DNA of 64,000 nt, taken from Amphiscolops sp. MND2022 (taxonomy: Eukaryota). The notes beneath the pieces are model-generated. The model was not told the DNA's origin. It was given only the letters and a program-made list of their open reading frames with translations, and did not search any database. A program made the translations under genes and the position numbers. The stretch's first letter is position 1, and each line of letters starts with the position of its first letter. Location of the stretch: assembly GCA_964187785.1 (NCBI GenBank), contig OZ076409.1:78122001-78186000 (forward strand), given 5' to 3'. Shown in pieces: positions 12,027 to 22,831 of this stretch.

Positions 12027-12845
12027 AATGGCTAACAATGAAAAGACACCACGACTCGAAAGAAGACAACTGTTCTCCGTACAGAGAAAAGGAAGGCGGC
12101 AAGACAAGCCATAATCGGCTAAAATAAACATTTGAACAATAACCTACTGTAATTGGTAAACTTTAACCCAATTGGGACTTTGTATTTATGATGTTTCAGA
12201 CACATCACCTCTTGGTGATGTCAGCACAGTTAGTGAAAAAGACACCGCTCCTCACAGTAACAAACGAAACAAAACATTGTTTTCTGACGAATCAGAATAT
12301 CAATTTGATGAATCAGAAAGAAACCTCTTGGAGAAATTGTTCATAGAGGATGATAAAAAACAGGTCGCAAGGTACTTTAGGGATTACAAAGCTAATTGTA
12401 ACAACAAGCCATCCACAAGTAGCTATCTTGAACAAAGTTTGAAGGTACTAATCGCTTTTTCTTGCTGTAAAAGTCTCTGACATACACAAGGTTAATTTTG
12501 CTTTAGAACACTGATTATTTGACCATGGAGGAGCTTGATTTGCAGTATAAAGTAGAACAGCTCGAAGACGAACATTCAAAAGAGACAACCTCAGATTTAC
12601 AGAAACAAGTGAAGGACCAGACTTTTGTCCCCTGCCAGTATTCAGTTCACTAATGTTTGTAAAAGCTTCAAATTTTCATTCAGAAAATGCTAAACAAAAC
12701 TAGGACGTTTGCTGAAATATTTCCTGATTTAGTTGATTCGTCGGGAGAGCCCTTGCTAACAATGGAAGACTTGGAGGCTGCAAAAACGCTTGCTCAACAG
12801 TTTGAATTATCGTCTCGGAAAAGAAAAAATCCGTCCGATTCGTGA
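12027..12845 (+). pseudogene. Spliced acidic accessory ORF inside the Polinton
   Basis: GT-AG intron candidates at 12156-12199 and 12445-12506; removing the second joins EQSLK to NTDYLTMEELDLQYK in frame. Confidence 0.35.
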
Positions 12846-12952
12846 AAAAGTTTAAAAGAGTTTTCATTTCAGTTTTCATGTCGTTCAGCCAGAATTCATG
12901 AACTTATTTGTCTTTCCAGATTCATCGTCATCATCATACATACTACTCATCA

Positions 12953-13390
12953 TTAAATCATCCAGTCTTGCAAACTGTCGTCAATTTGTTGAACTTGATC
13001 CAGCCATGACAACAAGCGTTCAAACAGTTCTACAACCTCAATGTTGAGATGCATCAGACCGTCATCATCATCATCATCATCAGCATCATCTTCGTCAAAT
13101 GGAACCATTATATCATAACCGCTGTCTGTTGCAAGACTGTCAGAATCATAGCTCAAATTTTTGATATCCATATATCTTGTGCTTTAATTTCACGTGTTAT
13201 TTCATGTATTATTCACGTGCCAACTTTCATGAAAACACAAATGTAGAGTATTTCTTTTTTGCGTTGAACCATCAGTGTTTGTTTTGCCAAAAGCAGCCCT
13301 TGCACAAATACTAGGAAAGAAGATTGAGAATATGCTGATGTTCAAACCTGGAGAACAACAGATCCCACTAGAAGGAAGAAGGCAAGACAA
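12953..13390 (-). pseudogene. Acidic hypothetical ORF near the Polinton right end
   Basis: ORF fragments 13202-13390 and 12953-13171 (poly-Asp); no recognised family. Confidence 0.25.
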
Positions 13391-13499
13391 TTAGGATTTG
13401 TGCGAAGTACTACTTTATCACCAAGAAAACTATCTTTATTCAAACTCAGTTTTTGCTCAGCTCAATGGAAAAAACCATTCCACTTTTGTTAGTCGCTCT

Positions 13500-13669
13500 T
13501 TTTCGTCAACCAATGAAATGTAATGATTGTTGACGTTATTTTTTGTGTTTTGCATTCGGTTACGTCATTGTGTTCCAGTCATGACGTCATTTGGAGTCCG
13601 CGTTATGACCATATTTGGTTACTCACTTAACCCCTCCCCCTGCCTATAATGCCACGTACAACTACTACT
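13500..13669. promoter_or_regulatory. Polinton right terminal region (putative TIR) with CRE/ATF, CArG and CCAAT motifs
   Basis: CCAAT 13510, TGACGTTA 13531, TTACGTCA 13560, TGACGTCA 13582, CCATATTTGG 13609, C-rich box 13631-13640, terminal ACTACTACT. Confidence 0.55.
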
Positions 13670-13956
13670 CCGAAGACTGATTTTTCGTTGAAGTGCAAAA
13701 ATCTGTTTTTATTGAAGTTTAACTGCATATCTTCAATTACCGCTTCGAAGATTGGTCAAACACCGAAAGATTGATGTTAGAAATGGTCCAAGGTCTGGTT
13801 GACATCATGATCGAGATTGTTCGTAACTAAATAACAGTATTTTTGACACAGAAAAAGCTAAGTGACAACGGAGTGGAGACTAGAATTTTGGAAAAGGTAA
13901 CTGATCAGGTAGACAATTCACCAGTAAACACATTGTCAATCGTTAACTTCAAATAC

Positions 13957-14054
13957 CTTCTATGATTTAATAACTTTGGCTGACTCAGCGCTTTTAGCTC
14001 ACTCACAAATAGGATCGAGACAACCGTCAAGACAGTCAAAGCTAAAAATTTCAT
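13957..14054 (-). CDS. Candidate first coding exon of a secreted host protein
   Basis: MKFLALTVLTVVSILFVSELKA looks like a signal peptide, with an upstream polypyrimidine/CAG acceptor and downstream GT donors. Downstream exons not resolved. Confidence 0.3.
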
Positions 14055-14524
14055 TGACAATGTCGAAGGGTTTGTATTCGGAAGTCTCGCTAGTTAAGAC
14101 GTCACGTGCAAAAAGACTGCTGAATAAAACAAAAAAGAAATTAGACAGTCATTTGCACAAGGCTAGATCTCTGATGAAAATTGTCAGCCTACCTGAACCA
14201 TTTTAGTTGTTCACATCTGTTTTTTTTCATACTGGAAATCAGCGTATTCATTCCACTCACGACACAAAACTTTTTGAAAAACTTGTAATAGTAAACCAAA
14301 AATCTCGCTTCAAACGGCCCGGCATCATCTGAGATAGCGAATGAAAAACGAGAATGTAAAACTGGGCGCCCCGCAAAAAAAACAGTGTTATGCTACCAAC
14401 AAATGCATTGAAAACAGCCAATCAGCGATGTTTGTTGACAATACAACTGGAATTAAAGCAGAAAATCTAATTGATTAGGAAATATGATTAAATTTCAATT
14501 TTTAAAGTATTAGACTGTTATTTT

Positions 14525-15555
14525 ACACAGAGGCGAAGCCGTGCTTCGCAAACACTTGCGAAGAAAGTTGTGAACATTTCCAAAAGAAACCAAATAAGCA
14601 GTATCATACGGACAACCAAGGGTAAAAGGACAATAATGTTAAAATTTCATAAATTTTACAGCCCCAAACAATACCCGAAGGGATACGCATAAGTCTCGAA
14701 AACCATTCTTCCCCAACCCCAACTGGAAACAGCAAAAAACCATCATTCTCAACGGAAAATTTTTTAAGAAACAAAAATGAGGAAAAAATTTCGAAAATTT
14801 TCGAAATTTTTTTAAAGAAGGTCTCCGGTAAGTCGCATAGTGCCGAAAACGTTGAGGACTCCTTTACTCTCGTAAAAAGTTTCGTTTCTTGTGAAAATTG
14901 AGGGGGGCTTCGATGAAAATAAAATTTAAAAAAACCGCATAGAAAAAACACCGGTCTTTTAAAAAAAACGAAAATCGGATATAGCGTGCTGGGCCTGAGA
15001 AAACCTAATTTTAAGACAAAAATTATTCCTTTGGAAAAATCTCACAATGCTGAAAACTGTAAAGGGGGGCCCTTCGAGATTTTTAAACATCCATTCTGTT
15101 GCAAAATTTCAAAAAACTGAAGGGAGACCGTTTGGAGTCTTTCGAAAAATTTACGAAAAACAAAAAATGAAAATTTTAACAGTCTCATAGTGCCGAAAAA
15201 TCTGAAAAAAGAGACCCTTTGGGATTCTCTAACATTCGTTGTTGGAAAATATCAAATAAATTGAAGGGAGGACACTTTGGGGACATTAAAAATTTTTTAA
15301 AAAAAGTCCTACAAAGCCGAAAAAGGGGGTGGAGTCTCATACTGCCAAAAAAAGTGAGAAAATTGTGCTTCCGAATACTTGTAAAAATACTAGCGCATAC
15401 GCACGGTTTGAACACGAAACCTCTGGGTTGAAAAACAAACATCTTACCACTAGACAACGAACGAGTGAACTGTGCGACTTGCCGCGTGAAACGAGAGTTG
15501 TCGCCCGCAAAAAGCGCCCGCACTTTCCCATAACACTTGCTTATCGCAAGTGTAA
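14525..15555 (-). mobile_element. Non-autonomous Helentron/DINE-like (HINE) element, copy 1
   Basis: One end has hairpin GCGAAGC-CGT-GCTTCGC next to subTIR ACACTTGCG (14533-14560). The other end has ACACTTGC-TTATC-GCAAGTGT (15533-15553). Internal subrepeats GTC(G/T)CATAGTGCCGAAA. Confidence 0.65.
15393..15464 (-). ncRNA. tRNA-derived (SINE-head-like) segment inside HINE copy 1
   Basis: Minus strand shows A-box TGTCTAGTGG and B-box GTTCAAACC at tRNA spacing; stems imperfect. Confidence 0.5.
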
Positions 15556-15785
15556 AAACACATGTAAAAGCATCTGTTTCACCCTAAGAAAACCAGAAAA
15601 TGTTAAAATGAATGAGCAACAATTCGTGTACAAAAATGCGTCTAAAGATCTAGGAGTCGACATGGACAAGAATTTGAAGTTTAAGAACAACTTCGTTGTA
15701 GGAAAAATCAATACATAGATTCTGTGGACTACGTTTTCGACATCTCTATCCGAAAAGTTTTTGTGCAACAAATTGTTGACTAAAT

Positions 15786-16593
15786 CACAGAGGAGAAGCC
15801 GTGCTTCGCAAACACTTGCGAACATTTGAAGAAAACCAAGTATGCAATATCATACGGAGAACCAAAAGTAAAAGGATATTGAAATTTCATCCACTTTAGA
15901 GCGCCAAAAAAATACCCGAAGGGATACACATGTGTCTCGGAAACCCATTTTTCTCAACGGAAAACCTTTCAGAAAAAATAGAAATTTGAGAGAAAAATTT
16001 TTTCCAAAAAGTTTTTTGATTGTCTCCGGTAAGTCGCATAGTGCCGAAAACCTTGAGGAGTCCTTAACGCTCGCAAAACGTTTCGTTTCTGGTAAAAATT
16101 GAGGAGGTGTTTCAGTGAAAACAAATTTCAAAAGTCGCATAGAAAAAACATCGGTCGCATAGAAAAAAGTCCGGTTGAGAAAATCGAATATAGAGTGTTG
16201 GGCCTGAGAAAACTTAATTTCAAAACAAAAATTATTCCTTTTGAGAAATCTCACAATGCCAAAAACTGTACAAGGGCCCTTTGAGAGTTTTTAACTTTCG
16301 CTCTGTTGCAAAATATCAAATCAATTGAAGGGAGGACCCTTTGGTTACATTAAAAAATTTTTGAAAAGAAAGTCTCACAAAGCCGAAAATGGGAAGTCTC
16401 ATAGTGCCGAAAGTGAGAACCTTCTGCTTCGGAAGTAGCAGCACTTGTAAAAAAATTAGCGCATGCGCACGGGTTCGAACACGAATCCTCTGGGTTGAAA
16501 AGCGAGCATCTTACCACTAGACCACGAACGCCTGAACTATGCGACTTGCGGTCACCCGCACTTTCCCATAACACTGGCTTATCGCAAGTGTAA
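15786..16593 (-). mobile_element. Non-autonomous Helentron/DINE-like element, copy 2 (diverged)
   Basis: Same terminal hairpin/subTIR motifs and colinear internal sequence as 14525-15555. Confidence 0.65.
16459..16531 (-). ncRNA. tRNA-derived (Gly/Glu-like) segment inside HINE copy 2
   Basis: GCGTTCGTGGTCTAGTGGTAAGATGCTCGCTTTTCAACCCAGAGGATTCGTGTTCGAACCCG: A and B boxes present, anticodon stem broken. Confidence 0.5.
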
Positions 16594-18429
16594 TAATAAT
16601 GTACGGAATTCTTGCAAGTGGTTGTCGCGAAAACGAACTCGAAGCAAATGAAATAGCGAAACGTCGAAGTTAGGGGAATAATGAAGTCTCCCTCCCATTA
16701 TTGAGTTGTGAGAAGACAATTTTGTTAATTTTTTCAAGAATTTGAAAAAGGTTCATTGAAAGTATCAAAATCACTCGAATTCTTTCAAGAACTTTGAAGC
16801 CGATGTTGTAAGCATCAGAATCATTTTTTGATTCATTGTGCTCTAGTTATTTGGCTTTTAGATCATTTTTTCCCTAAAATCTCTGGCTTCAGTAGAAACC
16901 TAAGTGCTTGCGAGCAGAAATATTTTACAATAAGGGCATTGCAGTTCATTTCCAGACAGTGCTTTCTGGAGGCCATGCCCTAACTCTACTCAAAAGTTGT
17001 TTTTTGACAAAAAAGATCCGTAGCATTTGTTTCAGTGGAGATATTGTTGTCCATGGCAAATGAATTTGGTCATTGGTATAGGAAAGACGTGCTTCTCAAA
17101 CTTGCATACCTTCTTGTAAAAAAGATTTGAAGTTCTTCGGAGAAAACGTCTGAAAAGTGTCAAAACATGCAACTTTTTGGTTACAAGTATCGTAATGTAT
17201 TTGCTGAGCTCGAGCCTGGAAATATATTGACGCTAGTATAATTTACAGTAGAAAACAGTCCGTGAGCTCAGCGTGTGTGGCGAACAATTAAGTCAATGAA
17301 GTGGTGTTTCGATAAAAGGCACTAATTAGACCAAAAAAATTCAACCAAAAAGCCTATTGAGGACCTATAAAGCTTCAGGCAATTCTCATAGGGCTCCGTT
17401 CGAGAGATTATTTCGGTTTTCAACCATTATACGTCAATGCTGGGGCTGAAAACTTTGAAAACACAGGCACGTGTCTCAGTCTGGGAATTTTTCAAAGTTT
17501 CATTTCGTATTTCGAGTATACAGAAATCACCACACTACTACTTGGTAGAAATCACTACTACTACCGAAGTTGATTAGTTGGGCCAATTCAAATTGCAATC
17601 AAAGTCTAACCTGTGGAATTTTTCAAAGAAGTTACTTTTTCAGCGAGTATTCACAGGGAACTTTTCAACAGCCTATTTTGACACATGCATTAAGAGATTG
17701 CCTGAGAGTCTAGTATTCTGGTATTGATATCTAGCAATTCTGAAGTTGTTTCTCAACTCAGAGTGCATTAGTCAAAAATTAAATGTAATGATTACAACCA
17801 GTGCGCTCTCGGAATTTCTATATTTGCTGTGAAATTGTAGTAATAACACTCGATCAGTAGAGAGTTTAAAACGATTGATCAATTTCAAATTCATTTTCGT
17901 TTATTTTCAAGTGACATCACACGCCATTAATTTTGGACACTTGAGGTGTCATAATTGACCGCGTTAATTGTCGCCTGTCGTGATTGATCTCCAAGACTTG
18001 TGACAGAATTTAATTCGAGAACCCACTTCACTCGCAAATGAAATTACTTCACACTGATTTTTCAAGAGTCATCCAAATTTCTAGCAAAAGCTCTGAAATT
18101 GCGTTGTAAATTCATTTTTCTAATTTCTCACTTTTATAGGTCATATATGCTTTTGTTTATAAACGCTCTTGTTTGGTCTTCAGCATTATGGGGCAATGAA
18201 AGTTTTGTTAAAAATGTACAAAAAACTCATAAAACGTCTTTCCATGAAAACTCAAGTTCGATCAAAAACGTACAGCGTATTAAAACACTGAAGCTTAAAA
18301 TTTCCAAAAATTAACCAATCAGGGCGAGAAAGGTAAAATGAAACAACTTGACAAAATAGGCCCCTCCGGGGCTCAGTACTATTTCTGCTTTAATCTTTAT
18401 TTTTTTAAAACAAAAAATCATTAATAAAA

Positions 18430-18830
18430 GAATCATATCTGGAATACCAATACACTCCTGTTTAATCATTACTTAGAGCACAATTAATCACTGTACAAGT
18501 TTACACCGCCTTTAATTCTTCTCGGACTAAAGAAAATATAACTAAGCGTAGACGAAGTTTCGCATTCGCATTTGAATGCAGGCGAAGCTCTCAACGAACG
18601 AATAATTAACACTCATTCGCTTCATCTCAATGACGTCAGCATACGAATGGATAATTACCACTCGCTCGTTCTATCGCACTAGAATTGAATTGTTGTCGGC
18701 AGCTTTCCCACGCTTACACTCACTGCCGAACAAAATATCTGAATTATTCAGTAGGACGAAATTTGACGACTGAAAAAAAAAGGACCAACTTTGAGGTTAC
18801 AATAACATTCCTGCTAAAGCAGAAATATTA
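18430..18830 (+). repeat. Dispersed repeat family, copy A
   Basis: Near-identical to 54288-54750 (e.g. CACTGTACAAGTTTACACCGCC, CGCACTAGAATTGAATTGTTGTCGGCAGC); partial diverged copy at ~38410-38600. Confidence 0.85.
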
Positions 18831-19248
18831 AAAAGTGACTGGCTCATAAGTTTTATATCTTATTCAAAGTATTAACTCCAGGAGGTGTCAATTCCATTTC
18901 ACTTCAAAACGGTGGTATTTGATTCAACGTCAATTTTGAACCGCCAAGTTTCCCAGCTAATTATTTGATCTTTAGGTCTTGAAAAAAAAGATGACAAAAA
19001 TTTGGGGTTAATTCATTTAAATGGCTTGAGAAAACGTTCCGGCTATGGCAATGATAAACTTATACAATACTTCTCTGAAATTGACCGCAGTCACTAAAAA
19101 CTACTATACATTAATATGGTCTAGAAAATTGTGTCTCAAACAATTGTGTAAAACATTACAAAACACGGAGCCAACTGAAAGTACAGTTTCAATTGATCGT
19201 CATCATTTTTAGATTGATTGAGTGCCAATTCGAATTGAACATGTAAAT

Positions 19249-21174
19249 CTAGTCCTGCGTGCATTTTTTGCTGAGCTGACGGTATCTAAACTTAGTCATT
19301 TTGCGTTCCAAGGAGTCCTTCACCTTCAACACAATGTCATCTGCATTTAAAGTGTAGCTGGAGGACCCAAGTTGCATATTGGTTTTCCAGTTATGAGCCA
19401 GAATGTAGTACTGCTTGTCGGCGGCCATGTCAATACATTTGTAGTCGTCCATAAGACTGGCAGGTACTGAGATGTAGATCGTATCCGCCATTCGTTTGCC
19501 ATCGTTAGTACTGTAGAGGTGTTGGTCAACTTCCGCTTTGAAGCGATACTCGTCATCGGTTTTCTCCACTGAACCCCGAATGTTGACACGAACCACAACT
19601 GAATAGTCGCAATAAATTCGGAACGACAGGACCTTGTTGAGGATGGACTTGCAAGAAACTGGAACCACGTCAGCGACCATGCCAGTATTGTCATTTTTGT
19701 TTTTCTCATGTTTTTCAGTTGTAGTGTCATGAATCTCCTTTTCATCCTCTTCCCAGTAGTCAACTTCTTTGTCCTTGTCGATAGCATTTGGAGGCGGAAC
19801 CTTATTTCCGTTCTGTATGCAAGGTATATCGTTTCTGTCGGAAATGCGGTAACCCTTTTCACAAGATCCACAATTACGACCCTTTACGTTGCGTTTGCAC
19901 ATACACTGACCAGTGATGGGGTCGCACCGTCGGGTGCTCACACTTCCTGAGGGGTGACAATCACAGGGAGTGCATGCATTTGGGCTGGAAATTGGGGTGT
20001 CGGGGGTTCGATACGAGCCCTCCGCACATTGGTGACAAAATCTTCCAGTTGTGTTATGTTTGCAATTGTAACACATGCCTCCGCTCACTTGTCCACTGCG
20101 CTCATAAACTTCCTGATCAAAGTAACACTCAGTAGAGTGACCATTGCAGTTGCACTTCTTACACTCGAATGGCTGTTGACGAGTCGCGGGCTGCCATGGC
20201 AAATCCTGGTAGAAATAGTGACACGAATCACAGTCTACTCCTGCTGTGTTATGCTGACACTCACATCTAGTGCGACGTCCATCCGTCTGACACTTGTTTG
20301 CATGTCCATTGCATTGACATTGCCCACCAATTTCCATGCTGGCCAGAGAATAAAACTTGTAAGCGTCGTCCTTGTAACTTTCAGGCACGTTTTCAGTATA
20401 TCCTTGGAACACAATGCGGAACCCTGTCGCCAATTTTCTTGTCTGCAGCTCTGGCTCATTGTAGTTTCTGTGGTTCTGAGCCGCGCTGTACAAACCCAAT
20501 AACGACGTTCCCTGCTTCTGCAAAGGCGCACATGATGGTTTGTTTCCACTCACATCTCCGTTTGGGTCAATTCCTTTGGAGCCGATGCAATCTTCCGTTA
20601 TGTAATGAATAGGATACCAATGCGACCCGGAATCCTCAGTTTTGTAAATAGTAATATCAGTAGCGGGTTCGTTACAAAACCTGAGGACAATGTAAAGAGC
20701 TTCCATCAGCTTTTCAAAATTTATTTCAACCATGACTGGTTTGGTTTCTCCCGGTTGTGACATCCAGCATAGTTCATTGTTGAAGTAATCCCCGATTTGG
20801 GACTTGGTTATGTGATCAATAGGGTGTTGTCTGTCCTCGACCACACTTCTCGCGTCACACAGTTCGCACTCTGATTTGGAGAAGGTTGATGCTGACGATG
20901 AGTCATCGGAAGATGTAGAGCCGGGAGCAGTGAAAAAAATAGGACACACTTTTTCCTCCTGAAGCGCCGAACCGCACGTACTGTTCGCAATTAGTTTGGA
21001 CCTGAACTGTTGGGCGATGTTGGCAAACTCGGGTTCGCAAAAAACTGCAAGTCCTGAGTTGTCATAGCAGGGTAAAATGCAAGAAGAGGGTTGGGGCAGC
21101 GAGAGAAAAAATAAAGTGAAGGTAATAATTAGATTGAGAGGTAGGAGATTGTTGAGAGAAGCTGTCGTCGTCAT
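19249..21174 (-). CDS. netrin: Netrin (signal peptide, laminin N-terminal domain, 3 laminin-EGF repeats, NTR/C345C domain), 641 aa, single coding exon
   Basis: PCYD..FCEPEFANIA, ANSTCG, CWMSQ, IGGQCQCNGHA, CQHNTAGVDCDSC..YQDLPW..AT..ECKKCNCNGHS..CYF..SGGMCYNCKHNTTGRFCHQCAEG, CDCHPSGS..CDPITGQCMCK, C-terminal YC..C. First in-frame ATG is 21174 (the ORF track starts at a non-ATG codon, 21273). Confidence 0.93.
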   Translation of the reverse strand: MTTTASLNNLLPLNLIITFTLFFLSLPQPSSCILPCYDNSGLAVFCEPEFANIAQQFRSKLIANSTCGSALQEEKVCPIFFTAPGSTSSDDSSSASTFSKSECELCDARSVVEDRQHPIDHITKSQIGDYFNNELCWMSQPGETKPVMVEINFEKLMEALYIVLRFCNEPATDITIYKTEDSGSHWYPIHYITEDCIGSKGIDPNGDVSGNKPSCAPLQKQGTSLLGLYSAAQNHRNYNEPELQTRKLATGFRIVFQGYTENVPESYKDDAYKFYSLASMEIGGQCQCNGHANKCQTDGRRTRCECQHNTAGVDCDSCHYFYQDLPWQPATRQQPFECKKCNCNGHSTECYFDQEVYERSGQVSGGMCYNCKHNTTGRFCHQCAEGSYRTPDTPISSPNACTPCDCHPSGSVSTRRCDPITGQCMCKRNVKGRNCGSCEKGYRISDRNDIPCIQNGNKVPPPNAIDKDKEVDYWEEDEKEIHDTTTEKHEKNKNDNTGMVADVVPVSCKSILNKVLSFRIYCDYSVVVRVNIRGSVEKTDDEYRFKAEVDQHLYSTNDGKRMADTIYISVPASLMDDYKCIDMAADKQYYILAHNWKTNMQLGSSSYTLNADDIVLKVKDSLERKMTKFRYRQLSKKCTQD

Positions 21175-22191
21175 GTTTGTGAGATTGCGCCAGTGGATAG
21201 TATGTGAGGATAGAAACAACAGTAGGGCGAGTTTCAGTGGCTTTGGCGGCAGCAGCGGAAGACTTCCGTCCAATTGGAGGATTTGGTTAAGAAATTAAAG
21301 AAGGGATTCGAAAGATTTGATTGTTTGGTTCAGTTGGGTCGCAGGTGTTAATGGCAGCCACACTTTGCGCGTAGATTGTGCAGAAGAACTTGAAAGATCA
21401 TATAAGCAGGCATTTGAGTGTCAAAATCAGTTGGCCAACATTTGTGATCAATTATTTGTCAAGTAGTTTATTAAAACTATCCAATCACAGAACGAGACGC
21501 GATTAGAACCAGGTATGCTTGAGCGCAGATTAAAATTCAGAGTCGAAAACAAAAGACGTCATTAAATTTTCATGATAATTTGAACCAGACACATTTGCAT
21601 AGTCACATACCAAACACGGTAGCACCTTAGTTTCAAATTTTAATAAATGCTTCAAAAACTCTCTGATAGACGTCTAAAATATCAAAACTTCAAGTTCTCG
21701 TTGAAAATAACTTTGCCGGTGGGCTAATTTCTCCCGGTTATCTCTGGGTTATTGTTGCAAAACAACGCAAAGGTAGGCTTAATTATGAATCCCGAGTAAA
21801 TGTAGATTAATAATGTATCATTTTTACACATTTCACCTCTTAGGTGAGAGATCTGGGTCGGCAATGAACAACCATCAAAGTTTAGTGAATGAATAGGTAG
21901 AGATTAACAAAAGCACTTGTATCCGTAATGGTTTTCCACCAAATCCATCAAAATGGCGTAATTTGATTGGCAAGAAGATTAAAGATTTATCGAGTATGCG
22001 ATTACTCATGAACGAGTGTTCAAAACTGACGAGTGGGCAAATTTAGACAGCTTTGAACACCTGAGAAACTAATCAAAGCACAAATAAAGTTTCAACTCAG
22101 GGGTTGCAATCGAGAATTCCGCAACCATTTTCAGTTGTTTCACGTATTGTGTGAATATCCTAATGCTTTTTGTGCTCAGTCTCTAGTCTGG

Positions 22192-22831
22192 TTAATGTTG
22201 AGTTTTTATGTAATTAATTCCGTCTCCAGACACTCGACCTGTTCCCACAGGCAGGTATCCACTCAGCGCAGGTAGAGACAAAGGCTGCCAACTCTCTTCA
22301 GTCTGCTTTTTGGGCGAATTAATTTCCGCTACTGTTCCTGTCGTAATGTGTGCCTTGTTTTTCGAGGAGCCCACTTCTTTTCCTCTGGGGGCAGACGGCT
22401 GCTTCAGCTTAGCATCACTTGACAAATTGGCAGCAGAAGCACTGACGGGTGCAGTATTTGCGTGATCTCTGGTGCGAGGAGTGACGAAGGTGTTATCCCG
22501 GCTGACAAAAAGACTATTATTCTCAGTGTCCATAGTGGGTGCTCGTTCCACCCCCTGAGGTCTACTCAAGTCAATTCTGGCCGGTAGCTGAGAAGTACCT
22601 GAATGAGAAAAATCAATATAGCAAATTGATTGCCGCCAGGCACCGGTAATTACTTCATTAGCCAAGTCCCCTGTGGATAAGGGAGAATAGAGTGAATAAC
22701 AAGCAATGCTCACCTATTTGGGCTTCTCTACTTGAGGCCTCTGTCTTCACATGTTTCACAGGGTTGACCTCTGGCACGTAGGCGTATCTCTTAGAGAACT
22801 CAGGGGCTCCCTGGCGACCACTTTCTTCATC
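22192..22831 (-). CDS. Two terminal exons of an unidentified low-complexity host protein
   Basis: Exon ~22714-22831 (DEESGRQGAPEFSKR..EAQI, donor GTGAGC) splices in phase to ~22192-22598 (GTSQLPAR..KTQH*). Upstream exons uncertain, possibly including ~27024-27299. Confidence 0.4.

Noticed and set aside
15393..16531. Functional tRNA genes
   Set aside because: Anticodon and acceptor stems do not pair properly and the sequences sit within repeats; the same applies to 55663-55733.
14604..16574. Many short Phe/Lys-rich ORFs
   Set aside because: They lie in non-coding dispersed repeats and have no recognisable motifs.
17534..17570. ACTACTACT motifs resembling another Polinton terminus
   Set aside because: No adjacent similarity to the 13500-13669 terminal region; short triplet runs occur by chance.
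21175..21273. N-terminal extension of netrin in the ORF track
   Set aside because: Begins at a non-ATG codon; ATG 21174 directly precedes a signal peptide.
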